This document shows, one piece after another, positions 38,681-50,811 of a stretch of 64,000 nt of DNA (position 1 is the stretch's first letter; each line of letters begins with the position of its first letter). Both the position numbers and the translations under genes were made by a program. Under the pieces are notes generated by a model. The model was given only the letters and a program-made list of their open reading frames with translations, did not search any database and was not told where the DNA came from. Source of the DNA: Eukaryota sp. TZLM1-RC (Eukaryota > Protista > Metamonada: BaSk clade); contig JAUPSS010000002.1 in assembly GCA_040285825.1 (NCBI GenBank), positions 1,922,001 to 1,986,000 on the forward strand, read 5' to 3'.

Positions 38681-39398
38681 TTGGTTGAACTTTAAAATGT
38701 CACTGTTCTAGGAATAATCTTAAAGAAACCAAACATCTGGTGTGAGTTTCTTGAAAATCAGCAGGAAAGCATATGGATCGGATTTGAGAAGAAATGCATT
38801 CAATTGCATTCTGCAAAATCCAAAATTAGTCACAGTAAGACTGATTACTGATTACTAAACTTTTTACTTTTATAACTACTTCCACCAATGTAAATGAGAG
38901 GAAAGCTGATTTCAAATTTCATCTAAATTACCTAAATAACAACCAACATTTCGAACACCTCATTCATATTCTTTAATAAAAGGAGCAATTGACTCATCAA
39001 TTACAAGTTCAGCAGACTCTCCACGAATCAATAAACATTTGGAATAAGTTAAAGAAAGACCGATTTGACAAAAGCGCTGTTGAACAACTTTAGCAATTTT
39101 TCTACATGAATCAATTGGACCAATTATTGAAATGTCATCTATATAAGTTGTTGATTCAATTTAAGGGTATTGCATTGTAGCAAATTGTTTTGAAACTTAA
39201 TAAATTTTGTATTTGTATTTTTTGAGAAATTTACAATTCAAAAACATGAAATTTTGAAAAATTCTATTGATAGTCTCAGGAAGTTTATTTGGAATAAACA
39301 AAGAAAAAACTTTTGTTCAAAAACGGCAATTCAATTCTTTGCAAAATCAAAAAGTTCACTAATGCTTCAAGAAAATAAGTTTCGAGACGAAAAGATTA

Positions 39399-40289
39399 CT
39401 ATTCAACACAACAATGTCTAAAAACATCTATCAATTTCTCATATAAATTTTGATGAATTGTGTCAAAATCAAAACCATCTACACTACGCTCCACCACTCC
39501 CAACACCCCATCAACAGCTCCAACACTCAGTATCCTATCCAATGCTGTGGATTCAAATGAGATAAAGGAATCTAGCCATGACTGTTCTTCTCCTTTGGGA
39601 AGATTCAATCGTCGCAACATAGCTAAGCAAAGAGCCAGTCCAGCCCAGTTGGACACCCCAGTAACTATGGGATGATCACTGCAGACCCTACATGAGATAA
39701 CGTCACCATTTGGTATTATAGCACATTTATCAGCAAAGTTACCCATTCCTAGTTCATTACCACCATCCCCAACAGCAATAGTTGGTATATTACGAGCTTT
39801 TGCGATGGCAAAGAGTTCAGCAAAGATGGCACCGTGAGCGGTGTCCGTGCAATCTTTTGCTTTCATTGTATAACAGCGTCCATCGTACAAAGATGGTCCC
39901 ACGGCTTCAATCGAAACAAGAACATCAAACTGAATTTCAGGAACCAAATTACTAATGGGAATTAATTTGAATGAGGGGAGATCAAACAACGGTTCAAAAC
40001 ATTTCAAGAAAACATTAAAACAAGACTGTGGACAAATAATGGTAACATTAACATTGAAACTCAAAAGAAAGCGTGCCAGTGTGAGTGTACCAAGAGGACC
40101 ATCGGTTTCAGGTGCGTTTCCGGGGATGAAAAACCCAGAGATGATTGATACAGTGGAATTGTTGTGCAGTAAGGGAAATAGAACATCAACAGCAGCTGAG
40201 AGCTGTTTGGGATTGAACAGATGTGTAATTCGACGATTACCGATGTCATTCTGAATAACAGAGCATAGAAGACTGTCAATGTCATTCAT
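39399..40289 (-). CDS. D-glutamate cyclase-like (DUF4392) protein
   Basis: SGF..PETDGPLG, IAVGDGGNELGMG, GVSNWAG, GAVDG..SVDG; intronless. Confidence 0.82.
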   Translation of the reverse strand: MNDIDSLLCSVIQNDIGNRRITHLFNPKQLSAAVDVLFPLLHNNSTVSIISGFFIPGNAPETDGPLGTLTLARFLLSFNVNVTIICPQSCFNVFLKCFEPLFDLPSFKLIPISNLVPEIQFDVLVSIEAVGPSLYDGRCYTMKAKDCTDTAHGAIFAELFAIAKARNIPTIAVGDGGNELGMGNFADKCAIIPNGDVISCRVCSDHPIVTGVSNWAGLALCLAMLRRLNLPKGEEQSWLDSFISFESTALDRILSVGAVDGVLGVVERSVDGFDFDTIHQNLYEKLIDVFRHCCVE

Positions 40290-40502
40290 AGTTAAAAATT
40301 GTACCAAAAACAATGAAATAAGAACTTTGAACTATACTGTGAATTTCTATCAAAACGCACTTCTGGCTTTTGACCAATTCATGTAATCTTGATAGACGTT
40401 AAGCTTACTTTAGTTCTACCACTATATGATATCACGATCAAATGATAGTTAAAGCAGCAACATCACAATACGCGTACAGGTACGCAATACATGGAATGAC
40501 AC

Positions 40503-42174
40503 TTATCTACGGGGTCTCCGGAACGCCTCAGGTCTTTCATTGTAGTAGTGCTCACTTATGGCAATCTCCAGTTGGTTTCTGGAAGCTGAGATGTCCCTCG
40601 ACCAGAGTGTCTGGCATTGAGGGCAAACAAACTTTTCATTGTTTACCCTTCCATCATCGTGATACAACTTTTGATTGAATACCTTACAGCAATTCGTTTT
40701 GGCAGATGTGTAGAATTCATCTCCATTAGGCTTCACATATGTAAAATGTTTCTGAATCTCCTTCAAAAAGCGCTTCCTTGGGGGTTTTCACAGATTGTCT
40801 TGATGGCCCATCACCTCCACTACCAAACCAAATTATGGTTTCTCTTCCATTAGCCATTAGTTTAATGTTTTCAATAAATCCCATTATTCTTTTTTGCCCT
40901 CTTATAAAGAAATCAAACTTGTTGCGCCGCAGGACTCGGCGATCTCCATTTATCAACAGTTGGTCTAATATAGTTCTCTGACGGAAGTCGGGATTGCTGA
41001 TTTCTTCCTGTGTCGGTACCCACATCAAGGCATTGCTATTTCATTAAGACATTTGTGTAAATTCTTAGCAAATTAGCAATTTGGTGATGCATGGGTCAGG
41101 ACCGGTGGGTGAACGATCTTCCTTGCCTTTGGATTCAGAGCAAGGCCCGAAAGTTGATGATCAACATTGTTATTATCAATTCTTGATCCAATTGAATAAC
41201 CACACAAATTTTTGTGATTAGGATCAATTACACAAAATGAATATTCAATTTGATCAACTGGCGGAGGCTCATAGGCGTCGTCAGTTCTTCGACGTTGCCT
41301 TGGACGGACCTGTTGTTGAAGTCTAGAGTTTCGCTTCCGACTCTTTGCAGGTATTTCGAGTTCCCCACTGGCTATGGTGGTTGCCAATTCTGTGGCTGTC
41401 CGGCGATTTTTATTTTTTTTTCGGGGTAAAGGAAAAAGTGAAGCGGATTGAAACGGCATCTGAACTGATTATGTAAGTCAGAAACTACTTTTTTCTGAAA
41501 AAGGCAAACGGATCTTTCAGCAGACAGTGGTTGGCATTAAAAGAGAGAAAATGCTTTTCCAGTTTTTCACTAAAAGAGATAAAGCCAGGAGAATAACTGG
41601 GGGATGGGGACACGGCATTTCTTCGCATGGTATCAGATGCAATATTTTCCAGAAAGGATAAAATATTTAGCCCAGCAGTGAATAAGAAGGTGATGTTGTC
41701 TGGACTGAGATCAACATTGTCCAGCATCAGCATAGCGTCAAAAAGATGAGGGTCGGCAACCTGCTGAATAAATAGGTCCATTATGTACTCATGGTGACCT
41801 TCATCACACCATGCGCGCACAGAGTCAGGAATAGTGGCTGCAGTCGTGTTCACCACTAATGAAGCATATTTCTTTGGGCAAGGGCACTCAAAGAACGTAG
41901 CCATTGTCCGGAAGAAGTTCAGCTTCCAGGAGACAGGGCCATCAGTAAGTAATTGACAAAAGCTGTTCGCCATTTGCAGTGTACGAAAGCTTCTAATGTC
42001 AGAGTGGCACCAGTTGTCGGTTCCCTTATGAAAACCAATAGGAGGAAACGGCCAGCCAGGTCGGAAAGAGACATCATAAAGTGCGCGATGTGTGACAACA
42101 AAAATGCTCAAACTTGTCCAGATCCAGATCCAGTGGCTTGTGCAACTATGGGTGAACAGAAAAATGTAATTCAT
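40503..42174 (-). pseudogene. Fanzor-like nuclease, 5'-truncated and frameshifted paralog of 54004-55966
   Basis: Four ORF pieces carry VIDPNHKNLCG, LRRNKFDFFIR, WFGSGGDGPSRQSVK, GDEFYTSAKTNCC and CPQCQTLWSRDISASRN..RPEAFRR. Confidence 0.88.
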
Positions 42175-42287
42175 GAGAAATTATGTTAAAAAAAGTGAAG
42201 GAATTTTAAAGTTCTTCAGTATATTGTTTTCTCTGAAGCGTTCGATTTTTTCCTTTTACTAATATTTATCTATCAAACAACTTGTAA

Positions 42288-42510
42288 ATCAACATCTAAA
42301 TAATCCATCTCTCCCAAAACGAAACAACTAGATGCAACTCTTTCATAGTGAGATCCAAGAGAAAGCAAAGCATCTGAAACCATCTTCAACATCCCCTTAA
42401 AAATAGAAAACACAATTCTATTTTGCCAAAACAATCAAAATTTCTATTGGTGCGCTTTTTTATACAATGATTTCAAAATCTGCCAAAAAACGTAAAGCAA
42501 TGGGAGAAAG
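42288..42510 (-). mobile_element. Family B 3' fragment
   Basis: Reverse-complement match to ~10100-10300. Confidence 0.7.
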
Positions 42511-42907
42511 TTAATCATACGATTTGATCTATTGTTCTGAATTAAAGTTATAAAATTTCCAAATGACGGACAACAACAATTGATGGTACTGACATTCATG
42601 TTGATTTACATTAGTGATGTGAAGTGAGTAGCTGATTTTTGTAAATGATTTTGCAACATAAAAAGAAACACAGTCAACCATAAAAGTATCATATTATAGT
42701 GATAATAGGTCATAGTACGTTGAAATGTAAGTGCTTTTTTGCATGATTATACATTCCTTATCATGCTTATATTTCAAATTGCAAAAGAGCAGAATAACAT
42801 GATTACTGCTCATGAACCATTAAAGTGCCAATCAAAAAATCAAAGAAAATGTTAAAATATTTATGGCTAAACGAGAGGATAAACACAACTACTAAATGAA
42901 GACAGAC

Positions 42908-43270
42908 CTAACCACCCAATTGATAAAGTACAGCATCGATGAGAGCCTCGTCATCTAAATTGAGGTCATCAGCAGTTTGATGAGGTTGAACTCGATCGCC
43001 ATCATACAGAAATCGTAGACTTTGGTCACTGAGTCCAGTACGGCGACAGTATGTATCAATCAGCTTACGCAGAGGGGTTGATCGTTTGATTCTGAAAACT
43101 GTTTCCTTACCATCGCTGGATCTAACTTTGATCTTGACGTATTCTTCTTCGGCTTCTACAGGTTGATTTTGCCCTTCTGTTTCTTGTTGAGGAGATGTTT
43201 CCGCTTGCTCAGGTTGAGTGGGTGGAGGACTTTCAGGAGAAGGAGTTTGTGTAGGTTCAACGTCAGACAT
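42908..43270 (-). CDS. SUMO: SUMO (small ubiquitin-like modifier)
   Basis: IKVRSSDGKETVFRIKRSTPLRKL..LRFLYDG..QLGG-stop. Confidence 0.93.
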   Translation of the reverse strand: MSDVEPTQTPSPESPPPTQPEQAETSPQQETEGQNQPVEAEEEYVKIKVRSSDGKETVFRIKRSTPLRKLIDTYCRRTGLSDQSLRFLYDGDRVQPHQTADDLNLDDEALIDAVLYQLGG

Positions 43271-43546
43271 TGGCTAATAGCAGATTTATGTCAAATAGGA
43301 GCAATGTGTTGAGATTGAAGTGAGTGGATGAAATTAAACACCACATTGTCTTTCACTCAAATGTACATTCCCAACAATTTTCCACTTTCACAATTGAAGT
43401 TTTCCTTTACCTCAACCACTGCTACTACACCACCTTCTCTGCTTCAAATCCATTTCTTTTAGAAATTGTATTCAACCAGGAAGTGGAGAAGGTCGATTGT
43501 ACTATATTAAATGTTTTTGCAATATATTTATTTATCAGAAAACTTA

Positions 43547-44451
43547 AATTTTATTTATTGAATTTGCACACTTGATTAAATTAAATCATAACTAATGGGA
43601 CGACTATCATTAAACCAAGATTTCCTCTACAAAATCTTGATTGGCTTGCTGTCTAGCTAAAGCTTCTCTAATTCGATTGAAAAACCGCGCTAATCTATTA
43701 ATAATGGCAAATTGAATCCGTGAACGCCATAAAAAAATATCAAATCTTTTCATTGTTTTTTTCTTTCACCATTTTTTTGGAAGTCATCCAAAAAGTTTCT
43801 GCTTCAACTGATAATCTTCCATTTATCGAAAATGGGAAAGCAATAAAAACCAGCTGTGTATTTCTATCGACATTTGCATCTTCAATTTCTTTATCATATT
43901 TTCTATGTTTTTCTTTTGCTTTAAAATCCAGAGCAGCCACAGGATTTAGTTTTCTTCTGTGAACCAAAGTATCGTTTGCAACATTACATGAGACAAAGTC
44001 AACAATAGCTTCAGAATTATCAATCCAATCACAGTATACATCACCTCTATCATCAGAACCAAAATTATTCAGAGAAAGTGTTTCCTTCAGCAGGGGCTCT
44101 TTGATACAAGATATCCTTGCAGTTTGTGCCATATTGAAAACAGTGTCTCTAACAGCATCATGTAATGAAGAACGATAAGTTATCAATTTAGAGCAATTTA
44201 GAGCATGGCGCAAAGTGAGTTGAGGTGAATTCGAACAAATACATTTTTCTTTTGATAATAATTGGTTAATGGGGATGTTCAAATATAATCTCATTTTTGT
44301 TACAAATGCTTCATTAGTGGCACACAATCCAAATCTTCGTGGTACAATGGTTACAAAAAGTGAAGAATCTGACGCCTTGTTTTCACAAACACCCTTTTCC
44401 AATAACAATGAGTGAAGATCTTGATTTAAAACAGCCGAGCTGCAAATATTA
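43547..44451 (-). mobile_element. Family A RLE unit, copy A5, inserted in the 3' tail of a family B element
   Basis: 222-aa ORF 43740-44408; TATCAGAAAACTTA is duplicated at 43533-43546 and 44452-44465. Confidence 0.85.
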
Positions 44452-46500
44452 TATCAGAAAACTTATAAATCAACATCTAAATAATACATTTCTCCCAGAA
44501 CACGACAACTAGATGCAACTCTCTCATAGTGAGATTCAAGAGAAAGCAAAGCATCAGAAACCATTTTCAACATCCCCTTGAACATAGAAAACATAATTCT
44601 ATTTTGCCAAATCAATCTGTTGAAATTTTTCTTAGTTTTTCTCTTTACAATCATTTCAAAATCTGCCAAAAAACGTATAACCGTTGGAGCAGGTGAACCA
44701 AATAGAGAAAATACAAATGGATACAAATTGTATTTTGCATGCTGTTGACTGGTCAATTTGGACAAAGGTTCATTGTATGTTTTGGTTTTGAAATTTTCAG
44801 CATTTGAAAGAGGATTATGAATTCCATAATTAGCAAGCCTTTCATTTGCGGCATTACAAGGATCAACAGACATTACATCCATCAAAATGAAGCTTCCATC
44901 TACTCCAGGTAATATAACATCACCTCTATTATTCTTATGAAAATCATCTTCTGCATCAAACAGATTTGACCACAGAGGTTCCAAAAAGGATTCAATTCTA
45001 TGAGACTTACACATACAATATAATTGGTCTCTTACAGCATCGTGAACCTTGCTTCTATAAGAAATAAAATGTTTACAATTTAACAAATCAGTAATTGTAA
45101 TTTTCGAGGACATTTACAAATTAAATTATGAGGTAAATTATCAGGCCAGATAAAGGAACGAAATCTCATATTCAAAGTTATAGGCAGAATCAGTGGAGAG
45201 AGTGCCATAAACTTGAGGAGTTGTTGTTACTAAAGCAGAAGATGTACTATCACACATATCTTGTAAAAGATTTGCAAAAGTCTAACATCAAAATTCAAGC
45301 TTTCAAAAATCTTTGACAATTTTTGTTGAAGCTTTTTACAGCAAAATTGCAAATTGAAAAGAGGTCGGTTCGGAATTTCTTGAATTGATTGGGGAAAACA
45401 TTTGGTCTAGATTTGTGGCGGCAATCTATGGAGTTCACAAAATAACCCATTCAAATATGGACTGCAACTGGGAACTAATAAATGAGAATTTGACGGAAAT
45501 TTAAGAAAAAATTCATAAATAAAATTCTTGCCTCCACCCAAAAATACTGATTGACACCAAATAGAAGATTTTGTAAATCCAAAACCACCCAAATTTGCTG
45601 CCGAAAATAAGTGATTTTTCAACATTCCTGTTTTTACCTCCAATAAATCAGAAAAAAATTCTGTTCTCAATGACTTAAAGGAACGACAAATATTTAATGT
45701 TATAGCAGGAGCACAAGATCTCAAAATGTGGGTTATTTTCCCAGTATAGCAACTTTTCAATACAACAAATTCGATATGTTTTTCTAAATCCAAGGAAGAA
45801 ATTAAATCAAGTTCAATTTTCATTTTTCCAAAGTAACTTGTAATTCATTCTGAATTTGAGGCACATTTCCTAACCAACAACCAAGGAACTTAAAAGCATC
45901 ACTACTATAATTAGTAAAAGGGACATCAGAATCGTTTATCACAAGATTCTGAGCACAAAAGCCAATCAGAAGGCATTTGCTCGCATTAAGATGAAGCCCA
46001 ATATTTTCATATGAATCGGCAATTTCTCGAGCAACCAATTCTAGTAAATCTAATGAACCAATCAAGGATATATCATCCATATAAGCAACTATTTTTAGGG
46101 AAGAATATTTTTGCTGAATGATATCTCAAATTTTGTGAATAGCTAAACAAAACAAGAAAGTACCTAAAGAATCACCTTGTTTTACACCGGAAGATGAATT
46201 TAAACAAAATGAATTAAAAATTAAATTTAATTCTGTACCATAAAAATGATAGAAATTAATTGGAAGCTCAGGAAAATCAGATTTAATTTCTTCAAAAATT
46301 GCTTTTCGTTTCACAGAATTAAAAGCATTTTTGAAGTCGAGATCAAAAATAAAATTATTATCCTCTGAATTAAAAACAGTATCAGAGGCAAGAGCAGCAA
46401 CAGAAGCACCATCATTTGTTTTTATTCCAAATTGATGAGGATTTAAAAATTTAGAAGCTTTGTCTTTGACACGATCAAAAACAATCGATGCCAACAAACT
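44452..46500 (-). mobile_element. CRE/R2-like non-LTR retrotransposon (family B): degenerate reverse transcriptase, CCHC and RLE
   Basis: PHQFG, LDFKNAFNSV, GVKQGDSLG, AYMDD, FKFLG, LGGFG, then VHDAVRD..RGDV; multiple stops and frameshifts. Confidence 0.9.
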
Positions 46501-46831
46501 TTGTTTGTTAACTAATAAATACATTTCTATTAAAACATGTTTAACCAAAAGGGTTGGTAGCAAAACGGTTTTGTAAAGAAGTAATTGTAAAACCTAAATA
46601 ATCTCAATAGGTTCAAATATCACTATTAATACCTTCTTCAATTCAAACAATGACTCTTGTATCAATGAAGGACACCGATTTTAAGATTCTCTATAATGGA
46701 ACTGTTGTGACTCATGGCGCAAACTGCCAAGTAATCGAAAATGGTGCAGTTGCTTTTCAGAACTCTACCATCGTTGATGTCGGCACTTCATCTGAAGTTT
46801 TATACAAGCACTTAAACAATCCCTCACAATC

Positions 46832-47360
46832 TCTTACTGCATAATGAACTTTTGATCGGAAAGTAATCAAATGTTTACAATTGAAAAGATGATTTGAAGA
46901 CACTTTTGCTCCACATATACAAATCAAATTACGAGGCATGTTATCAGGCCAAATGAAAATTCGAAGGCGCATTGTACAAGAAAATGTAGTATCAACTAAA
47001 AGCAGACATGGATTTGTGGAATTTGAATAATTTAACAAAAAGAGGCCCTCTTTTGGGCATCTAACAGCATGTTAGAGTAAGTAACATTATCATTTTTGGA
47101 CGAGTTAAGACGAACATTAAAATCGAAAAAAAATTGCAAATTTTGGTTGCAATTTTAAAACACAATGCCTCAAATTTACCAGCGTTCCAGGTGGTATTTC
47201 TTGTATATTGTCCAAACAACAATTACACAAAATGTCAGGGGCAGTCAATCGAAAGCATTTTAGGCTCTCTTAAATAGTCGTTACTTACAGAATTCAGTAA
47301 ACCAACATCATTTGGTCAGTGGTAACCAAATACAACACCAGAGATTTTTTTCCTCTACCA
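46832..47360 (-). mobile_element. Family B2 fragments
   Basis: FIWPDNMPRNLICICG..NHLFNCKH; inverted similarity to 36290-36520. Confidence 0.65.
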
Positions 47361-47619
47361 ATGCTTCACGGATTTTTTGCTTCACAAAGAATCAAAGATT
47401 TAGTGAAATAAATACCATCAAATTAAGATGATCAGTAAAATATGACTTCGAATCAGATCAGGATTAACAACAATCAAAGACGCAAAAAGATTTGTTCTCA
47501 AGCAATTAAAGGAGCAGCAAAAATCAAGTGTTTAGCTGATTAAGCTGACGTATATCAAAATCGTTGAATGATTACAGCAAAGACGAACTTAGACACCCAA
47601 CATATAATATTAGGAAAAT

Positions 47620-49100
47620 TATCCTGTGAACTCGATAGATTGCCACTACAAATCTGGACCAAATGTTTTCCCCAATCAATTCAAGAAATTCCAAACCGAT
47701 CTCTTTTTAATTTGCAATTTTGCTGTAAAAAGCTTCAACAAAAATTGTCAAAGATTTTTGAAAACTTGGATTTTGATGTTAGACTTTTGCAAATCTTTTA
47801 CAAGATATGTGTGATAGTTCATCTTCGGCCTTAGTAACAACAACTCCTCAAGTTTATTGCACTCTCTTAACTGATTATGCCTGGCTTTGAATATGAGATT
47901 TCGCTCCCTTATCTGGCCTGATATTTACCACATAATTTAATTTGTAAATGTTTTCAAAAAATTACAATTACTGATTTGTTAAATTGTGAACATTTTATTT
48001 CTTATAGAAGCAAGGTTCACGATGCTGTAAGAGACCAATTATATTGAATGTGTAATTCTCATTGAGTTGAAATATTTTTTTGGAACCTCTGTTGTCAAAT
48101 CTGTTTGATACTGAAGATGATTTTCATAAGAATAATAGAGGTGATGTTATATTACCTGGAGTAGATGGAAGTTTGATTTTAATGGATGTAATGTCTGTTG
48201 ATCCTTGTAATGCCTCAAATGAAAGACTTGCTAATTATGGAATTCATAATCCTCTTTCAACTGTGTTTTATTTGGCCCAATAACGTTCTTCATAATTTGG
48301 TTTGCAAATGTGGATCAAAAATGATCAAAAATTTCTCCAAATCATTTGTTTAACTGTAAACATTTTATTACTTTTCGATCAAAAATCCATGATGCAGTTA
48401 GATCAGTTCTATTGTATGTCAAAGTCTCACAAAATTGTCTCCTATTTGGAACCATTACTTTCTCGTTTGGTTGATGAGGACATTTTGAATTCTTTTGGTC
48501 GTAACAGAGGTGATTTAATGCTTGAACGACTTGTTGGGACCACCATCATTAATGATGTTACATCAACTGATGTGTGTAATAATTCTTCCATACCATTAGG
48601 TCAGTCAAAACACAAGAATATGCTGTCTGTTCCCGAAAATTCTAAAATTGATAAATATAAAGCAAACTTGCGATCTTTGAATGCTGAAACTCACACTCAT
48701 TACTTCCTTTGTTCAGTTGCATTCTCCCCACATGGCTTTCTTGGAGCAATTGCTTTTTCTTTCTTGGATGATTTTATGGAAAGTGAAACAACGTACAGGA
48801 AGGGTTTTTGACCAAGGGGTAGAAGAGAATTGTATTTTCAATTTTTGTAGGTGTTGATCCCTTATTATCTAATGTGTTATTAGTTTTTGGTCAATTTTAT
48901 GAAAGATCAACACTCAGTCAATTATTCCCACTTATTCAATTTGCCATTATTAATTGATTACCTCGGTTTTTCAATCGAATTAGAGAAGCTTTAGCTAGAC
49001 AGCAAGCAGATCAAGATTTTGTAGAGGAAATCTTGGTTCAATGATAGTCGTCCCATTAGTTATGAGTTAATTTAATTAAGTGTCCAAATTCAATCAATAC
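47620..49100 (+). mobile_element. Stacked RLE fragments: family B (47620-48260), B2 (48260-48900), family A tail (48934-49100)
   Basis: Direct similarity to 44800-45430, 37500-38050 and the family A 3' end, respectively. Confidence 0.78.
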
Positions 49101-49708
49101 AAATACTTATTGAAGGATCATATTCAAAAACAAAATTCATCAAAAATACATGTCTGAAACGAATATTCAAACAATGCCCTTACCAAAAATTTAATATCAA
49201 CAGAAAAAGTTGGAAAAATAGATTTAAACAAATTTTATTAAAAACTAATGGTAATGAACTGCTTTTAACACTTCAAAGTAAAAATAAGGACTCAGAAAAC
49301 ACAAATGAGCTGGATGAACCACCGAAAAAGAAAAGAAGATTAAATAAAGAAATGAAAAGTGATCCTGATGCCAACAAAACCAGAGAAATACAGTTGAAGG
49401 GCACTAAAAAAATGCCCCATCGAAGACGCAGACATCAAGTCGAAATGTTACTTGAAAGACCTTGTTATTGGTGTTGATCTGGGCCAATGTAGATTATGTG
49501 GTTCCTTCTTAAATGATAATCAATGTGGAGTTATCTCTTGTCCAACTGGCAGAAGATACATGACAAAACCTTCACCCAGTAAACTCTCTACAACCAATAT
49601 TCCGTTCAAAATTTCAACCAATAATTGAACCATTGGAATTTGGTCAGGAGGGAAGTGTACTTGGAAAGTAATCACCAGAAATGGAAAATAATTAAATTTG
49701 ATAACCGC

Positions 49709-50811
49709 TGATGCCGTTAGGCAGATGAACACAGGAAGGAGAGAGAGAAATCTGTTGTTTATTAATAAAACTGATTCATAAATGAGTATCACGTCATCAG
49801 TCGAAATACAAAGAAACCTACTAATTCAATTTGAGTTCAACAACAACACTACTTTTTCCCACTTTTCTGAGGACAAATACAGTACTGGCTCAATAGAGGG
49901 AGGATATGGGGTTTGTTAAACTCTTTGGTGCATCGTTTGTGTGACACAAATAATTTACCTCATGTTTGATTTTAGATGGACAATCACGGGAGATGTGTCC
50001 AGGCTTGTGGCACTTGAAGCACGATTGATTTTTTAAATCCTGAGAGCGCCAAGAGGACCTCGTTTTAGTGCCAGCCGTACGTTCCACATCATTCACTGAG
50101 GTTTTGAAACCACGAGTCCATGAAGCAACCCTAGAGCAGTCCAACAGCTCATCAGTAGTGGTTTCGACAAGAGAGTGAAGATCTGGGAATACATCATCTC
50201 GAATTCTCGCTAGTAGAGAACGTTGAAGACCTACGGGAAGAATTCCTCTGGCAAATCGATTCAGAAAAGCTGTGTCTGGTAACTTCAGTCCGGAAGCCCT
50301 ACTCTTTACCTGGAGGAAACGTCGCAGGTAACAGGACATACGTTCTCGGACGTCACCAATACGGACATCAAGCTTCAGTTCTGACATAGCCAGACTAAAA
50401 TCTTCGTACGTGGCGAACGATACGACAGATTGAAGATGTCTAAGAAGAACATCGTCACTGGAAGAGACGTCGGATTTCTGGAGAGATAGGGACTCTAACA
50501 GAAAAGAATCGACCAAGAGTCTTGCTGGAACAAGCTCTTTCTTAGAAGTCACAGAAGAATAGATCTTCCACTCTTGTAGGAACAAGAGAACACTTTCAAC
50601 TTTCATGGAAGAAAGAGACGGGAGGTTGACAGAAGGAACAGTCATCTGAAATAAGAAGGGCCAATAATTATTGATGCCGTTAGGCAGATGAACACACGAA
50701 GGAGAGAGAGAAATCTGTTGTTTATTAATAAAACTGATTCATAAATGAGTATCACGTCATCAGTCGAAATACAAAGAAACCTACTAATTCAATTTGAGTT
50801 CAACAACAACA
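49709..50811 (-). mobile_element. Complete non-autonomous gag-only LTR retroelement (1103 bp)
   Basis: 140-bp LTRs at 49709-49848 and 50672-50811 (TG..CA, one mismatch seen), 4-bp TSD CCGC, polypurine tract AGAAAAGTGGGAAAAAGTAG, putative PBS TGGCCCTT. Confidence 0.93.
49890..50645 (-). CDS. gag: Gag-like protein with CCHC zinc knuckle
   Basis: 251-aa intact ORF containing CFKCHKPGHISRDC, lying between the LTRs. Confidence 0.85.
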   Translation of the reverse strand: MTVPSVNLPSLSSMKVESVLLFLQEWKIYSSVTSKKELVPARLLVDSFLLESLSLQKSDVSSSDDVLLRHLQSVVSFATYEDFSLAMSELKLDVRIGDVRERMSCYLRRFLQVKSRASGLKLPDTAFLNRFARGILPVGLQRSLLARIRDDVFPDLHSLVETTTDELLDCSRVASWTRGFKTSVNDVERTAGTKTRSSWRSQDLKNQSCFKCHKPGHISRDCPSKIKHEVNYLCHTNDAPKSLTNPISSLY

